Of a stretch of DNA of 64,000 bases, positions 1 through 9,348 are shown one piece after another. The notes beneath the pieces were generated by a model. It ran no database searches. It was given only the letters and a program-made list of their open reading frames with translations, and was not told the origin of the DNA. The stretch lies in the NCBI GenBank assembly GCA_963718525.1, contig OY970355.1, positions 2,656,001 to 2,720,000 of the forward strand, given 5' to 3'. The stretch comes from Candidatus Dormiibacterota bacterium. GTDB lineage: Bacteria; Chloroflexota; Dormibacteria; Aeolococcales; Aeolococcaceae. The translations under genes and the position numbers were made by a program. The stretch's first letter is position 1, and each line of letters starts with the position of its first letter.

Positions 1-333
1 GCGCTGCGCGTTACTGACAATGATGGCTATTTCACCGACGTGTGCGTAGTGTTTCCCGGCTCGCCGCTGGACCATCAGGTGGCCGGCGGGAACGCCGTCC
101 ACTTCGAGTGTCAGGCTGAGCCCACCTTCGAGCGCGATCGAGACGAGCCGGGAGCTCTGCTCGATGGTGTCGGGCTCGCCTGGCACCGCGGCAATGAGCT
201 CGCCCTCCCCCGCCACCGCCTCGATCAGGGCCGCGAGATCCGGTGCGTCGCCATCGTGCGACGGGCGGATCGAGTACGGACGTCCGCCAGGCGTCACCCC
301 TTCGCGTCGAAGTGACGGCCGCGGACCGCTCAT
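1..333 (-). CDS. GNAT family N-acetyltransferase (3' end outside window)
   Basis: Hand-translated from ATG at 333: MSGPRPSLRREGVTPGGRPYSIRPSHDGDAPDLAALIEAV...AGHLMVQRRAGKHYAHVGEIAIIVSNAQR. GNAT-like pattern; ATGA overlap with the upstream gene's stop. Confidence 0.7.
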   Translation of the reverse strand, partial: MSGPRPSLRREGVTPGGRPYSIRPSHDGDAPDLAALIEAVAGEGELIAAVPGEPDTIEQSSRLVSIALEGGLSLTLEVDGVPAGHLMVQRRAGKHYAHVGEIAIIVSNAQR

Positions 334-1379
334 ACGGCGACGGAGAGACCTGACTCCTCGTGCATCGTGGTTGCGCTGTCCGCGATGCGACGCGCGATCC
401 CGCTCGCGCTCATCACGGTCATGTGACCGTGTGGATAGGTCCAGAGATCCGTCTGCCAGGCGTTGGCGAGCTCGGTCACCGGATCCGGACCGACCACCAG
501 GTCCTGCATCGCACGCACCAGGGTGATCCGGTCGCCGGGCGTCCGCGGCGTGTGGTTGCGAGCCACCAGCGGGGCGAGCGTCGACTGGAGGAACCGGCCG
601 GCGCTCGCGCGGTCCGGACCCCAGGAGCCGCTGAACTCGCCGATCATGCCCAGGTGGCGCAGCGAAGGCGTCGGGGGACGCTGCGAGAGGGTCGTCGCCG
701 GATCACAGAACGGTGCCACAGCGATGACCCGGTCGAGCTCAAGCTCTGCGGCCAGGAGAGTGGCGATCAAGCCGCCGAGGCTGACACCCACCACCGACAC
801 GTGCGGACTCACCTCGGCGCGAGCCCAGGCGATCACCGCCGCAGCGTCCTCGACCGATTGGCGAACCACGGCCCTGATGTGAGCCGGATCGAGACTGAAG
901 TACCCATCGCCGCTTCGCTGACCGTGCAGCGTGCGCCGGAGGTGATACGGCAGGTCGAGGCGCGCGGTATGTGCCCCGCGCAGGCGCATCTGCTTGGCGA
1001 GCCACCGGTCATAGGTCGTCTGCGGGACCGCATACCCATGCAGCATCAGCACGAATGGAGCAGGTCCGGGATCCCGGCGCACGTGGGCGGTCGCAACCAG
1101 GCGGCGGCTGCCCCAGTGCCCACCTGGACCCGCGCTGTCGCCCTCGAGCTCGAGCTCGCGCCATCGCGGGCCCCCAAAGGATTCCCACTCGCGATTCACC
1201 CGGATGGGGCGAGGATCGTGAACGCGGCTCTGCTCCCAGAACTCGACAGGATCGGCGGGGGTCCGGTCGATCACATCAGGTCGCGAGAGTCCGACCGCTG
1301 TCAGGCGGACATGGACCATCCGATCCAGGATCAGCGAAACCGTCCCGATGAGCCGGTCGTGCGGAGTCTCGGAAGCCAT
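330..1379 (-). CDS. Alpha/beta hydrolase
   Basis: LMLHGY oxyanion motif, GVSLGG nucleophile elbow, C-terminal HGH. Start moved to MASETPHD (GAGGG upstream). Confidence 0.8.
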   Translation of the reverse strand: MASETPHDRLIGTVSLILDRMVHVRLTAVGLSRPDVIDRTPADPVEFWEQSRVHDPRPIRVNREWESFGGPRWRELELEGDSAGPGGHWGSRRLVATAHVRRDPGPAPFVLMLHGYAVPQTTYDRWLAKQMRLRGAHTARLDLPYHLRRTLHGQRSGDGYFSLDPAHIRAVVRQSVEDAAAVIAWARAEVSPHVSVVGVSLGGLIATLLAAELELDRVIAVAPFCDPATTLSQRPPTPSLRHLGMIGEFSGSWGPDRASAGRFLQSTLAPLVARNHTPRTPGDRITLVRAMQDLVVGPDPVTELANAWQTDLWTYPHGHMTVMSASGIARRIADSATTMHEESGLSVAV

Positions 1380-1422
1380 GGCAATACCCTCAGGGCTAAT
1401 CATGACCCGAAACACCGATTGC

Positions 1423-1447
1423 GTAACTTCCTTGCGTAGAACCTGAT
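1423..1447 (+). promoter_or_regulatory. Candidate ECF (SigD-like) autoregulatory promoter GTAAC-N17-GAT
   Basis: GTAAC at 1423-1427, GAT at 1445-1447, 5 nt before the sigma GTG start (leaderless geometry). Confidence 0.35.
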
Positions 1448-1452
1448 CGAAC

Positions 1453-1983
1453 GTGGCCGTGCCCGAGTCGCCGCCCCCGCTGCGCGTGGTTGCCGCCCCA
1501 GAACAATCCAACGACTGGGAGCGCGTCTACCAGGAGCATGTTGCTCCCCTCTATCGATACGTCTACTCGAGAACCGGCAACACCCCGGATGCTGAGGACG
1601 TCACATCGACCACCTTTCTCAGAGCGATGCCCCGGCTGCGGTCCGATGTCTCGGCCGCGGAGATCCGGGCATACCTGCGCGCCACCGCTCGCACTGTGCT
1701 CGCCGACGTCTGGCGTCAGCACCACGGCACGATCCTCGTGGAGTTCGATGATCAACGGGACGCCACTCCGCCCGTCGAGCAGGAGGACGACGTCGACGTG
1801 AGCCCCATTCTCGAACGGCTGCCTGCCAACTACCGGAGCGTGCTTGAGTTCAGGTTCCTGCGCGGGTACTCGATCCGCGAGACCGCGGCGGCCATGGGCG
1901 TGAGCGTCGCTAACGCCAAGGTGCTGCAACTGCGCGCGCTCCGTTGCGCCGCGACCACGGGGGTTCGTGATGTCGAAGGCTGA
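1453..1983 (+). CDS. ECF RNA polymerase sigma factor
   Basis: Region 2 (LYRYVYSRTGNTPDAEDVTSTTFLRA) and region 4 (LERLPANYRSVLEFRFLRGYSIRETAAAMGVS); 176 aa. Confidence 0.92.
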   Translation: MAVPESPPPLRVVAAPEQSNDWERVYQEHVAPLYRYVYSRTGNTPDAEDVTSTTFLRAMPRLRSDVSAAEIRAYLRATARTVLADVWRQHHGTILVEFDDQRDATPPVEQEDDVDVSPILERLPANYRSVLEFRFLRGYSIRETAAAMGVSVANAKVLQLRALRCAATTGVRDVEG

Positions 1984-2641
1984 TCGCCGCCTGGCGCGTT
2001 TCGTCAAGGCGCTCATCGCCAACCGGAGGCCGCCGCGGTCGCCTGCGGGTGACAACTCAGCAGCCATGCAGATGGCCACGCGTCTTCGAGCCGCGCATCC
2101 AGGCGGTTCGACCCCATCCCCGGCATTCGTCGACAGGCTCGGCCGCCGGCTGCGTGAGGCGTCGGATCACGAACCCGGCTGGACCGAGGCGGGGATCCAA
2201 CGCCGCCGCTTCCTGATCGGAGGCCTTGCCACGGTTGCGGCGTCCGTCGCTGCCGGGGTGGGGGTCGAGCGGATCCGAGAGGTGATGACCGAGCCGGCCG
2301 ACGGTTCGGGCGCGATCCAGCCCTACGTCAGCAAATGGGTGGCGGTTGCGACCCTCGCTGAGGTCACGCCCGGAAAGATCAAGCAGTTCGCCGCAGGTGG
2401 CCTGCAAGGTGTCGTGTTCACGCTCGAGGGCGAGATCCGTGCTCTGAGCTCGGTGTGCACGCACCAGGGATGCACGCTGGTACCGGAGATGCCGAACAAG
2501 CTGGTCTGCCCCTGCCATCCCATGAGCTTCAACCTCACCGGCGCGGCCAACCCGGGTGAGTACCGGCTGAACCCGCTCCCCGCGATCCACACACGTGTGA
2601 ACGCGGGAAGCGTCGAGGTGCTCGTCCCCGACTGGGTCTGA
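1967..2641 (+). CDS. Rieske [2Fe-2S] protein with N-terminal extension and internal twin-arginine/TM segment (putative anti-sigma)
   Basis: CTHQGC and CPCH Rieske boxes; QRRRFLIGGLATVAASVAAGVGV near residue 80; overlaps the sigma stop. Confidence 0.85.
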   Translation: MMSKADRRLARFVKALIANRRPPRSPAGDNSAAMQMATRLRAAHPGGSTPSPAFVDRLGRRLREASDHEPGWTEAGIQRRRFLIGGLATVAASVAAGVGVERIREVMTEPADGSGAIQPYVSKWVAVATLAEVTPGKIKQFAAGGLQGVVFTLEGEIRALSSVCTHQGCTLVPEMPNKLVCPCHPMSFNLTGAANPGEYRLNPLPAIHTRVNAGSVEVLVPDWV

Positions 2642-2775
2642 CGCATGTTCGTGCCGGCGCGACGGCGCGACTTAGCCAGTGATCCGCCGCCCTGAGCCCT
2701 CCGTACCAAGCGGTGACAGGGCGGAGTCAAGACGGCCACTCGGATCGCCAACGACCGCCCCAGCGAGGTGAACAC

Positions 2776-3045
2776 ATGGCCAAGGTGACACGGCGAACGT
2801 TCCTCTCCACGACGGTAGGGGCGGCGGGCGGAGTGGCCGCGATGGGGCTGATCGCGGGACCGAGCACTCTCGCGGAGGCGGCCCAGAACGTGGCCCGCGC
2901 AAGTGACGGTCCGGTATCCAGCGAGCCGATGACCGCATATGTGCGGGACGCGACGACCGGCGAGATCTCGGTGATGGTCGGTCATCGCGAGGTCGTGAGC
3001 AAGGACCCGCAGCTCATCCGCCGTCTGCAGCGCGCAGCGCGCTGA
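2776..3045 (+). CDS. Small Tat-signal protein
   Basis: MAKVTRRTFLSTTVGAAGGVAAMGL..., GAGGTG RBS, 89 aa. Confidence 0.8.
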   Translation: MAKVTRRTFLSTTVGAAGGVAAMGLIAGPSTLAEAAQNVARASDGPVSSEPMTAYVRDATTGEISVMVGHREVVSKDPQLIRRLQRAAR

Positions 3046-3088
3046 CGCGGCGCTTACAACAGCATTCACAACCTCACGAGGGGTACAC

Positions 3089-4468
3089 ATGTCTTCGCAC
3101 CGTGAAGCGCCGGGCATCTCGAAGGACCCGGTTGCAGACAGCACTGACCTTTACGCGTTCACCAGTCCCGATCATCCCGACACCGTGACGCTGATCGCCA
3201 ACTACATCCCGCTCGAGGGACCCGACGGCGGCCCGAACTTCTACAACTTCGGCGACGACGTCCTCTACGAGATCGTTGTCACCAACGGTGGCAGCGTGGC
3301 CGACGCCATCACCTACCAGTTCAAGTTCACCACCGAGTACACCAATCCGAACACGTTCCTCTACAACACCGGGCCGATCACCAGCCTGACCAGCTCGTCC
3401 TGGAACGTCCGTCAGTTCTATTCGGTGACGCGGATCGTGCACGGCCACGCCGAAGTGCTCGCCGGCAAGCTCGCGTGCCCGCCTGTGAACGTCGGTGTCC
3501 GCTCCACCCCCGACTACGCCAAGCTCGCGCGCGCCGCGGTGCATCCCCTCGACGGCGGCTGGGTCTTCGCGGGCCAGCGACGTGAGGGCTTCTACGTCGA
3601 CCTCGGCTCGATCTTCGATCTCGGTGCGCTGCGCCCGTTCCAGAACCTGCACCTGATCCCGCTGCCCGCGGTGGGCGGCGTCGATTCGACCAAGCCGCTC
3701 AATGTGCACACCATCGCCATCCAGGTCCACAAGACCCATCTCACCAAGAACGGTCAGATGCCCACCGATCCGGCCAGCGCCGAGTCAGTGATCGGTGTGT
3801 ACACCACCGCCAGCCGGCGCAAGTCCACCGTGCTCGAGCACGGCGGCCGGGCCATGGACGTCGGGCCCTGGGTGCAGGTATCGCGCCTTGGCATGCCCCT
3901 GGTCAACGAGGTCATCATCCCGATCGGGAAGAAGGACTTCTGGAACTCCACCAAGCCAAGCCTCGATGCCCAGTTCGTGGCCAGCTACGCGCATCCTGAG
4001 CTCGCCGGCCTGCTTCCGGTCCTGTACCCGGGCGTGTTCCCGCACCTCGCGGCGTACACCCCCGCGCGTGCCGACCTCGAGGCAATCCTGCTCACCGGCA
4101 TCCCGTCCGGCATCGTCTCCGGCTTCCAGAACTCAACCGGATCGACCCCGGCGGATCTGCTCCGCCTCAACATGGCGATCCCCCCGGCAACCTCTCCGAG
4201 CGTCAACGGCATCTTGGGCGGAGATCTCGCCGGATTCCCGAACGGGCGCCGGGTCTTCGACGACGTCGCGACGATCGAGATCCGCGCGGTCGCCGGCGCA
4301 ACCATTCCGCTGGTCGACTCCAGCTATACGGCGGACGGCGCCGCCAGCCTGGTCAGTGACTTCTCGGCCGCCCAGTTCAGCGGTGGCGCGGTGCCCGGCA
4401 ATGGCCGGTACATCGATCACTTCCCGTACCTGGGCACGCCGCACAACGGATTCGACACCCCGAGTTGA
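3089..4468 (+). CDS. DUF4331 domain protein
   Basis: SSHREAP...DLYAF, QVSRLGMPLVNEV, GFPNGRR..DD and FPYL motifs; GAGGGG RBS. Confidence 0.88.
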   Translation: MSSHREAPGISKDPVADSTDLYAFTSPDHPDTVTLIANYIPLEGPDGGPNFYNFGDDVLYEIVVTNGGSVADAITYQFKFTTEYTNPNTFLYNTGPITSLTSSSWNVRQFYSVTRIVHGHAEVLAGKLACPPVNVGVRSTPDYAKLARAAVHPLDGGWVFAGQRREGFYVDLGSIFDLGALRPFQNLHLIPLPAVGGVDSTKPLNVHTIAIQVHKTHLTKNGQMPTDPASAESVIGVYTTASRRKSTVLEHGGRAMDVGPWVQVSRLGMPLVNEVIIPIGKKDFWNSTKPSLDAQFVASYAHPELAGLLPVLYPGVFPHLAAYTPARADLEAILLTGIPSGIVSGFQNSTGSTPADLLRLNMAIPPATSPSVNGILGGDLAGFPNGRRVFDDVATIEIRAVAGATIPLVDSSYTADGAASLVSDFSAAQFSGGAVPGNGRYIDHFPYLGTPHNGFDTPS

Positions 4469-4779
4469 CCGAGATCGAGCCCGCCGGTCCCGCTCCGAGC
4501 GGGCCGGCGGTCCTCGACATCGGTGGGGGGACCGGGGCGCTGCTGGTGATCGTGCCGGCAGCGCTCCTCAACACCGAGATCGAGGTCAGCCCCGACCAGC
4601 GGCCCGAGGCCCGCACGCACACCGGGGTGCATGAACGGCCGATGAACGGCGAACCGGTTCCGGTCGCCCTTTTCCCATCGCTCGGTGCCGGCACCTGGAG
4701 GCTGTGGGGATCGGGTCCGTGCACCACCCTGAGCGTCGAGATCGTGGACGGTCAGGTCACCGAGATGGACTGGCGCTGA
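4465..4779 (+). CDS. Small hypothetical beta-rich protein
   Basis: Overlaps the DUF4331 stop (TTGA); VLDIGGGTGAL...EIEVSP...HTGVHER...ALFPSL pattern; GC3-rich codons. Confidence 0.7.
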   Translation: MTEIEPAGPAPSGPAVLDIGGGTGALLVIVPAALLNTEIEVSPDQRPEARTHTGVHERPMNGEPVPVALFPSLGAGTWRLWGSGPCTTLSVEIVDGQVTEMDWR

Positions 4780-4786
4780 GGGCACC

Positions 4787-4845
4787 TTGACGGTCCCCTG
4801 GGTTTGCGTCTAACGTAGCCGGATTCTACAGGCGTTCAGTAGAAT
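4787..4845 (+). promoter_or_regulatory. Sigma70-type promoter TTGACG-N18-TAACGT with downstream palindrome ATTCTAC-N9-GTAGAAT
   Basis: Hexamers at 4787-4792 and 4811-4816; perfect 7-bp inverted repeat at 4823-4845. Confidence 0.55.
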
Positions 4846-4883
4846 TCTTTGCATCCGCACGGGCTGCCGGAGGGACCTGGTCG

Positions 4884-6254
4884 ATGGGGTTGTCTTTGGA
4901 AAACGTCGACTCGGATCGGGTCGCAACGCTGACCGCTCGCGAGGAGGCCGAGTTCCGGGCGCGGCGTACTCGGTCGAAGGAGCTCTGGAAGGAGGCCACG
5001 GAGTACATCCCTCGTGGGGTGCCGAGCTCCTTCCAGGACACGCCCCCGCAGCCGGTCTTCATCGACCACGGCAAGGGCAGCCGGGTGTGGGACGTGGACG
5101 GCAACGAGTACGCCGACTTCCACAACGGGTTTGGCGTGATGGTTGTCGGCCACGCGCACCCGGCGATCGTCGCGGCCGTGGAATCGCAACTGCATCGAGG
5201 GACCCATTTCGCGCAGCCGGTTGCCGAGAACATCGTGGTCGCGCGCGAGCTTGCGCGCCGTTTCCATCAGCCCCAATGGCGCTTCACCAACAGCGGCACC
5301 GAGTCCACCCTGGATGCGATCCGCCTGGCACGTGGCTTCACGGATCGCGAGCGGATCATCAAGATCGAAGCGTCCTACCACGGGCATCACGATGCGTTGC
5401 TGGTGTCGGTCGAACCCCCGGTGGACGCGATGGGCGACGCCGACTTCCCGAATTCGGTGCCCATGAGCGGCGGGATCCCCCAATCCACAGTCGACCTCAC
5501 CACCGTCGTGGGCTTCAACGACCTCGCCTCGCTGGAGCGCGCGTTCGCGGCGTATCCCGGAGAGGTCGCCGCAGTCATCGTCGAGCCGGCGATGATGAAC
5601 ATCGGCTTCGTGCTCCCCGAAGACGGGTACCTCGCGGGGATGGTCGAGATCGCCCACCGGCACGGCGCCGTGGCGATCTTCGATGAGGTGAAGACCGGCG
5701 TGACCATTGCGCCCGGCGGTGCCACCGAGCGCTTCGGCGTGGTGCCTGACATCGTCTGCCTCGCCAAGGCGATCGGCGGCGGGCTGCCCTGTGGCGCCGT
5801 GGGTGGTCGCGCCGACATCATGGCGACGATCACCGATGGCAAGGTCGCGCAGCTGGGCACCTTCAACGGCAATCCGCTGACCACCGCGGCCTCCCGGGCG
5901 ACGCTGCTCGAAGTGCTCACCGGCCAGGCCTACTCGCATCTCGATGCGCTCACCGAGGAGATGAGCGGCGGCCTGCGCGACGTGATGGGTGAATACCATC
6001 TGCCGTTCCATGTGGTGTCGATGGGAGCACGCGGCTGCGTGACCTATCGCAAGGACCCCGTGCGAAATTACCGGGACTACGCGGCCATGGACAAGTCGCT
6101 CGCCTACGTGTCCTGGCTCTTCCAGACCAATCGGGGTGTGCTGATGGCGCCTGGCGCCGAGGAGAACTGGACCTTGTCAGTGCAGCATTCGTCCGACGAC
6201 ATCAGGCGCTACGTCGCCAACTTTCGTGAGTTTGCGCGGGATCTCACAGCATGA
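4884..6254 (+). CDS. Class III PLP aminotransferase (GSA-like subgroup, probably amine/polyamine)
   Basis: SGTESTLDAIRLAR, YHGHHD, IFDEVKTG, AKAIGGG, GTFNGNP. Confidence 0.88.
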   Translation: MGLSLENVDSDRVATLTAREEAEFRARRTRSKELWKEATEYIPRGVPSSFQDTPPQPVFIDHGKGSRVWDVDGNEYADFHNGFGVMVVGHAHPAIVAAVESQLHRGTHFAQPVAENIVVARELARRFHQPQWRFTNSGTESTLDAIRLARGFTDRERIIKIEASYHGHHDALLVSVEPPVDAMGDADFPNSVPMSGGIPQSTVDLTTVVGFNDLASLERAFAAYPGEVAAVIVEPAMMNIGFVLPEDGYLAGMVEIAHRHGAVAIFDEVKTGVTIAPGGATERFGVVPDIVCLAKAIGGGLPCGAVGGRADIMATITDGKVAQLGTFNGNPLTTAASRATLLEVLTGQAYSHLDALTEEMSGGLRDVMGEYHLPFHVVSMGARGCVTYRKDPVRNYRDYAAMDKSLAYVSWLFQTNRGVLMAPGAEENWTLSVQHSSDDIRRYVANFREFARDLTA

Positions 6255-7693
6255 GCACGGTCGCGACCCGAGTCCTGCGCAACTTCGTCGACGGTGACTA
6301 TCGCGATGCGAGCTCTGACCTCACGACGCCGCTGATCAACCCGGCGACGGGCGAGGAGTTCGCCCGGGCGCCGCTCTCGAGCCCCGCCGACGTCGACGCC
6401 GCGCTCCAGGCGGCGCAGCGGGCCTTCCGCGGTTGGCGCGACACGACACCGAAGGACCGCAGCCTCGCGCTCCTCAAGATTGCTGACGCTTTCGAGCGGC
6501 GTGCGGAGGAGTTCGTCGCTCTCGAATGCGAGAACACCGGCAAGCCGATCTCGATGACCAGGAGCGAGGAGATCCCGCAGCTGATCGACCCGGTGCGGTT
6601 CTTTGCTGGCTGCGCGAGGATCCTCGAGGGTGCGAGCGCAGGCGAGTACATGGCCGGCCACACGTCGATGATCCGCCGCGAGCCGGTGGGTGTCTGCGCG
6701 CAGGTCACACCCTGGAACTACCCGATGCTCATGGCGGTATGGAAGTGGGCGCCGGCCATCGCCGCGGGAAACACCGTGGTGTTGAAGCCGTCGGACACGA
6801 CGCCGGTGACCACGTTGTTGATGGCCGAGATCATGGCCGAGTTTCTCCCCAAGGGTGTCTTCAACGTCATCTGCGGAGATCCGAGCACCGGAGCGGCGCT
6901 GGTCTCGCATCGGATTCCAGCCATGGCGTCCATCACCGGCAGCGTGCGCGCCGGCATGGAGGTCGCGCGCCTGGCAGCAGGCGACCTGAAGCGGGTCCAC
7001 CTCGAGCTCGGTGGCAAGGCGCCGGTCATCGTGTTTGATGATGCGGATATCGCCTCGACCGCCGAGATGGTCGCCATGGCCGGGTACTTCAACGCAGGGC
7101 AGGACTGCACCGCCGCGACCCGGGTGCTGGCTGCATCGTCGATACACGACGAACTGGTGGCCGCGCTCGCCGAGCAGGCGGCGGTGAACAAAACCGGTGC
7201 CCCGGACGATGACGACATCGCGTTCGGGCCGCTCAACAATGCCAGGCAACTCGATCGCGTCCGCGACCTCGTCGGAGGCGCACCATCCCATTCCGACGTT
7301 GTGGCGGGCGGGCACCGGGTCGGGGACCGCGGCTACTTCCACGAGGCGACGGTCATCGCCGGGCTGCGACAGGACGACGACCTCATCCAACGGGAGATCT
7401 TCGGCCCGGTCATCACCGTGCAGCGCTTCAGCGACGAGGAAACCGCTCTCGAGTGGGCCAACGGCGTGGAGTACGGACTCTCAGCCAGTGTCTGGACGCA
7501 TGATCACGGCCGCGCGATGCGCATGGCGCGCGCACTGGACTTCGGTTGCGTCTGGATCAACACGCACATCCCACTGGTGTCGGAGATGCCACACGGCGGG
7601 TTCAAGCATTCGGGGTACGGCAAGGATCTGTCCATGTACGGGTTCGAGGACTACACGCGCATCAAGCATGTCATGAGCAACAACGACGCCTGA
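6251..7693 (+). CDS. Gamma-aminobutyraldehyde dehydrogenase family
   Basis: PWNYP, LELGGKAP, NAGQDCTAATR, EIFGPV; EDYTRIKHVM C-terminus typical of the PatD/Prr group. Confidence 0.88.
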   Translation: MSTVATRVLRNFVDGDYRDASSDLTTPLINPATGEEFARAPLSSPADVDAALQAAQRAFRGWRDTTPKDRSLALLKIADAFERRAEEFVALECENTGKPISMTRSEEIPQLIDPVRFFAGCARILEGASAGEYMAGHTSMIRREPVGVCAQVTPWNYPMLMAVWKWAPAIAAGNTVVLKPSDTTPVTTLLMAEIMAEFLPKGVFNVICGDPSTGAALVSHRIPAMASITGSVRAGMEVARLAAGDLKRVHLELGGKAPVIVFDDADIASTAEMVAMAGYFNAGQDCTAATRVLAASSIHDELVAALAEQAAVNKTGAPDDDDIAFGPLNNARQLDRVRDLVGGAPSHSDVVAGGHRVGDRGYFHEATVIAGLRQDDDLIQREIFGPVITVQRFSDEETALEWANGVEYGLSASVWTHDHGRAMRMARALDFGCVWINTHIPLVSEMPHGGFKHSGYGKDLSMYGFEDYTRIKHVMSNNDA

Positions 7694-7734
7694 TCTCTCA
7701 GGCGCGGTCAGGAGGATACGGTGAGGAGGATCAC

Positions 7735-9348
7735 ATGGCGACGTTAGCGGAGCCGATCGTTCACGGGAAGCCGGTCGAATCGGAGCTCAAAACCAACACA
7801 CTCACGCTGTTCGACACCACGGTGATCGCGACATCCAGCGTGGCGCCGGCATACACGCTGGCTGCCACGATGGGGTTCCTGGTCGCGGCGGTGGGGCTCG
7901 CGTCGCCGGCAGCCATCCTCGTGGGTTTCGTTCCGGTTCTCTGCATCGCCATCGCGTACTACTACCTCAATCGTCAGGACCCGAACTGCGGCGCTTCGTA
8001 CTCGTGGGTCAGCCGGACGCTCAGCCCACACATCGGCTGGCTCTCGGGCTGGATTCAGCTCGCGGCGAACGTGCTCTTCTGCGCGGCTGCTCCGCTGGTT
8101 GCCGGCGTGTACACGCTGCAGCTCCTCAACAGTCTGTTCCCCAGCTGGATCACCGCGAACATCGCCGGCGACAATCGTTGGATCGCGTTCGTTGCCGTCC
8201 TGTGGCTGGCCCTCGTCACGTTCATGGTCGTCCGAGGCATTCGTATCACCGCGAACTTTCAGTGGATCCTCGTATTCATCGAGTACGTGATCGTGCTCGC
8301 CTTTGCGCTCTGGGCTCTCGGGAAGATCATCGGCGGTCAGCACGCCGTGACACCACTTGCGGGCTGGTGGTTCAGCCCGACCGCGCTGGGAGGGCTCAGC
8401 GGTATCGCCACCGGCTCGGCGCTCGCGGTGTTCTTCTTCTGGGGCTGGGACACGGCGGCCAACGTCAACGAGGAGTCCAAGGACGCCGACACCTCCCCGG
8501 GCCTCGCCGGCATCTACAGCATGTTCATCCTGCTGTTCATCTTTCTGCTGGCCGCCATCGCGATGCAGGCATACCTCGGGTCGGACGCGCTGACGAATTC
8601 GGCCAATCAGAACGACGTGCTCTACTTCTTTGCCCAACAGATCGCCGGGACGCCGCTCGCATATCTCATGGTGCTTGCGGTCCTCTCCTCCACCGTTGCA
8701 ACCACGCAGACGACGCTGCTCCCGTCGAGCAGGCTGACGTATTCAATGGCTCGCGATGGCGTCTTCCCACACTGGTTCAGCACCGTTCATCCCGCGTGGC
8801 GGACTCCCTGGGTCGGCACGATCATCTCGTCCGTGCTCGCCTTTGTCGTCATCATCCTGGATGTCGTCCTCTCGACGACCGTCGTGGGTGGGATCTTCTC
8901 GAGCCTGATCCTCGACATCGGCGTTCTGGTCGCGCTGTATTACGGAATCACGGGTATCGCCTGCACGTGGGCGTTCCGCAAAGTGCTCCTGACGAGCATC
9001 ACCCGCTTCGTGTTCGCCGGGATACTGCCATTCCTCGGCGGCCTCTTCCTGTTGTTCATCGCCTACGCTGTGGTTGCTCCGAATACGCTCCCATTTGGCC
9101 AGTCGCCGGACTGGGCAACCAGCCTGCCGATCCTGATCACGGTCGGCGTCGGCGTGCCGCTGCTCGTCCTCGCCATGGCTTCGAATAGCACCGGTTTCTT
9201 CCGCGAGAAGACCGTGTCGTACGTATTGATCAAGGATCAGCTCATGGCGTCGATTGGCGGCGCGCGGCCCGTGGAGCTGGCGGTTGCCGCCGTCGGCGTT
9301 GGCCCGGCGGTCGACCCCGCTGATCAGAGCCGATCGAGCAACCCGTAG
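7735..9348 (+). CDS. APC family amino acid/polyamine permease
   Basis: About 12 TM segments; FWGWDTAANVNEE and SMARDG motifs; GAGGAGG RBS before MATLAEP. Confidence 0.88.
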   Translation: MATLAEPIVHGKPVESELKTNTLTLFDTTVIATSSVAPAYTLAATMGFLVAAVGLASPAAILVGFVPVLCIAIAYYYLNRQDPNCGASYSWVSRTLSPHIGWLSGWIQLAANVLFCAAAPLVAGVYTLQLLNSLFPSWITANIAGDNRWIAFVAVLWLALVTFMVVRGIRITANFQWILVFIEYVIVLAFALWALGKIIGGQHAVTPLAGWWFSPTALGGLSGIATGSALAVFFFWGWDTAANVNEESKDADTSPGLAGIYSMFILLFIFLLAAIAMQAYLGSDALTNSANQNDVLYFFAQQIAGTPLAYLMVLAVLSSTVATTQTTLLPSSRLTYSMARDGVFPHWFSTVHPAWRTPWVGTIISSVLAFVVIILDVVLSTTVVGGIFSSLILDIGVLVALYYGITGIACTWAFRKVLLTSITRFVFAGILPFLGGLFLLFIAYAVVAPNTLPFGQSPDWATSLPILITVGVGVPLLVLAMASNSTGFFREKTVSYVLIKDQLMASIGGARPVELAVAAVGVGPAVDPADQSRSSNP

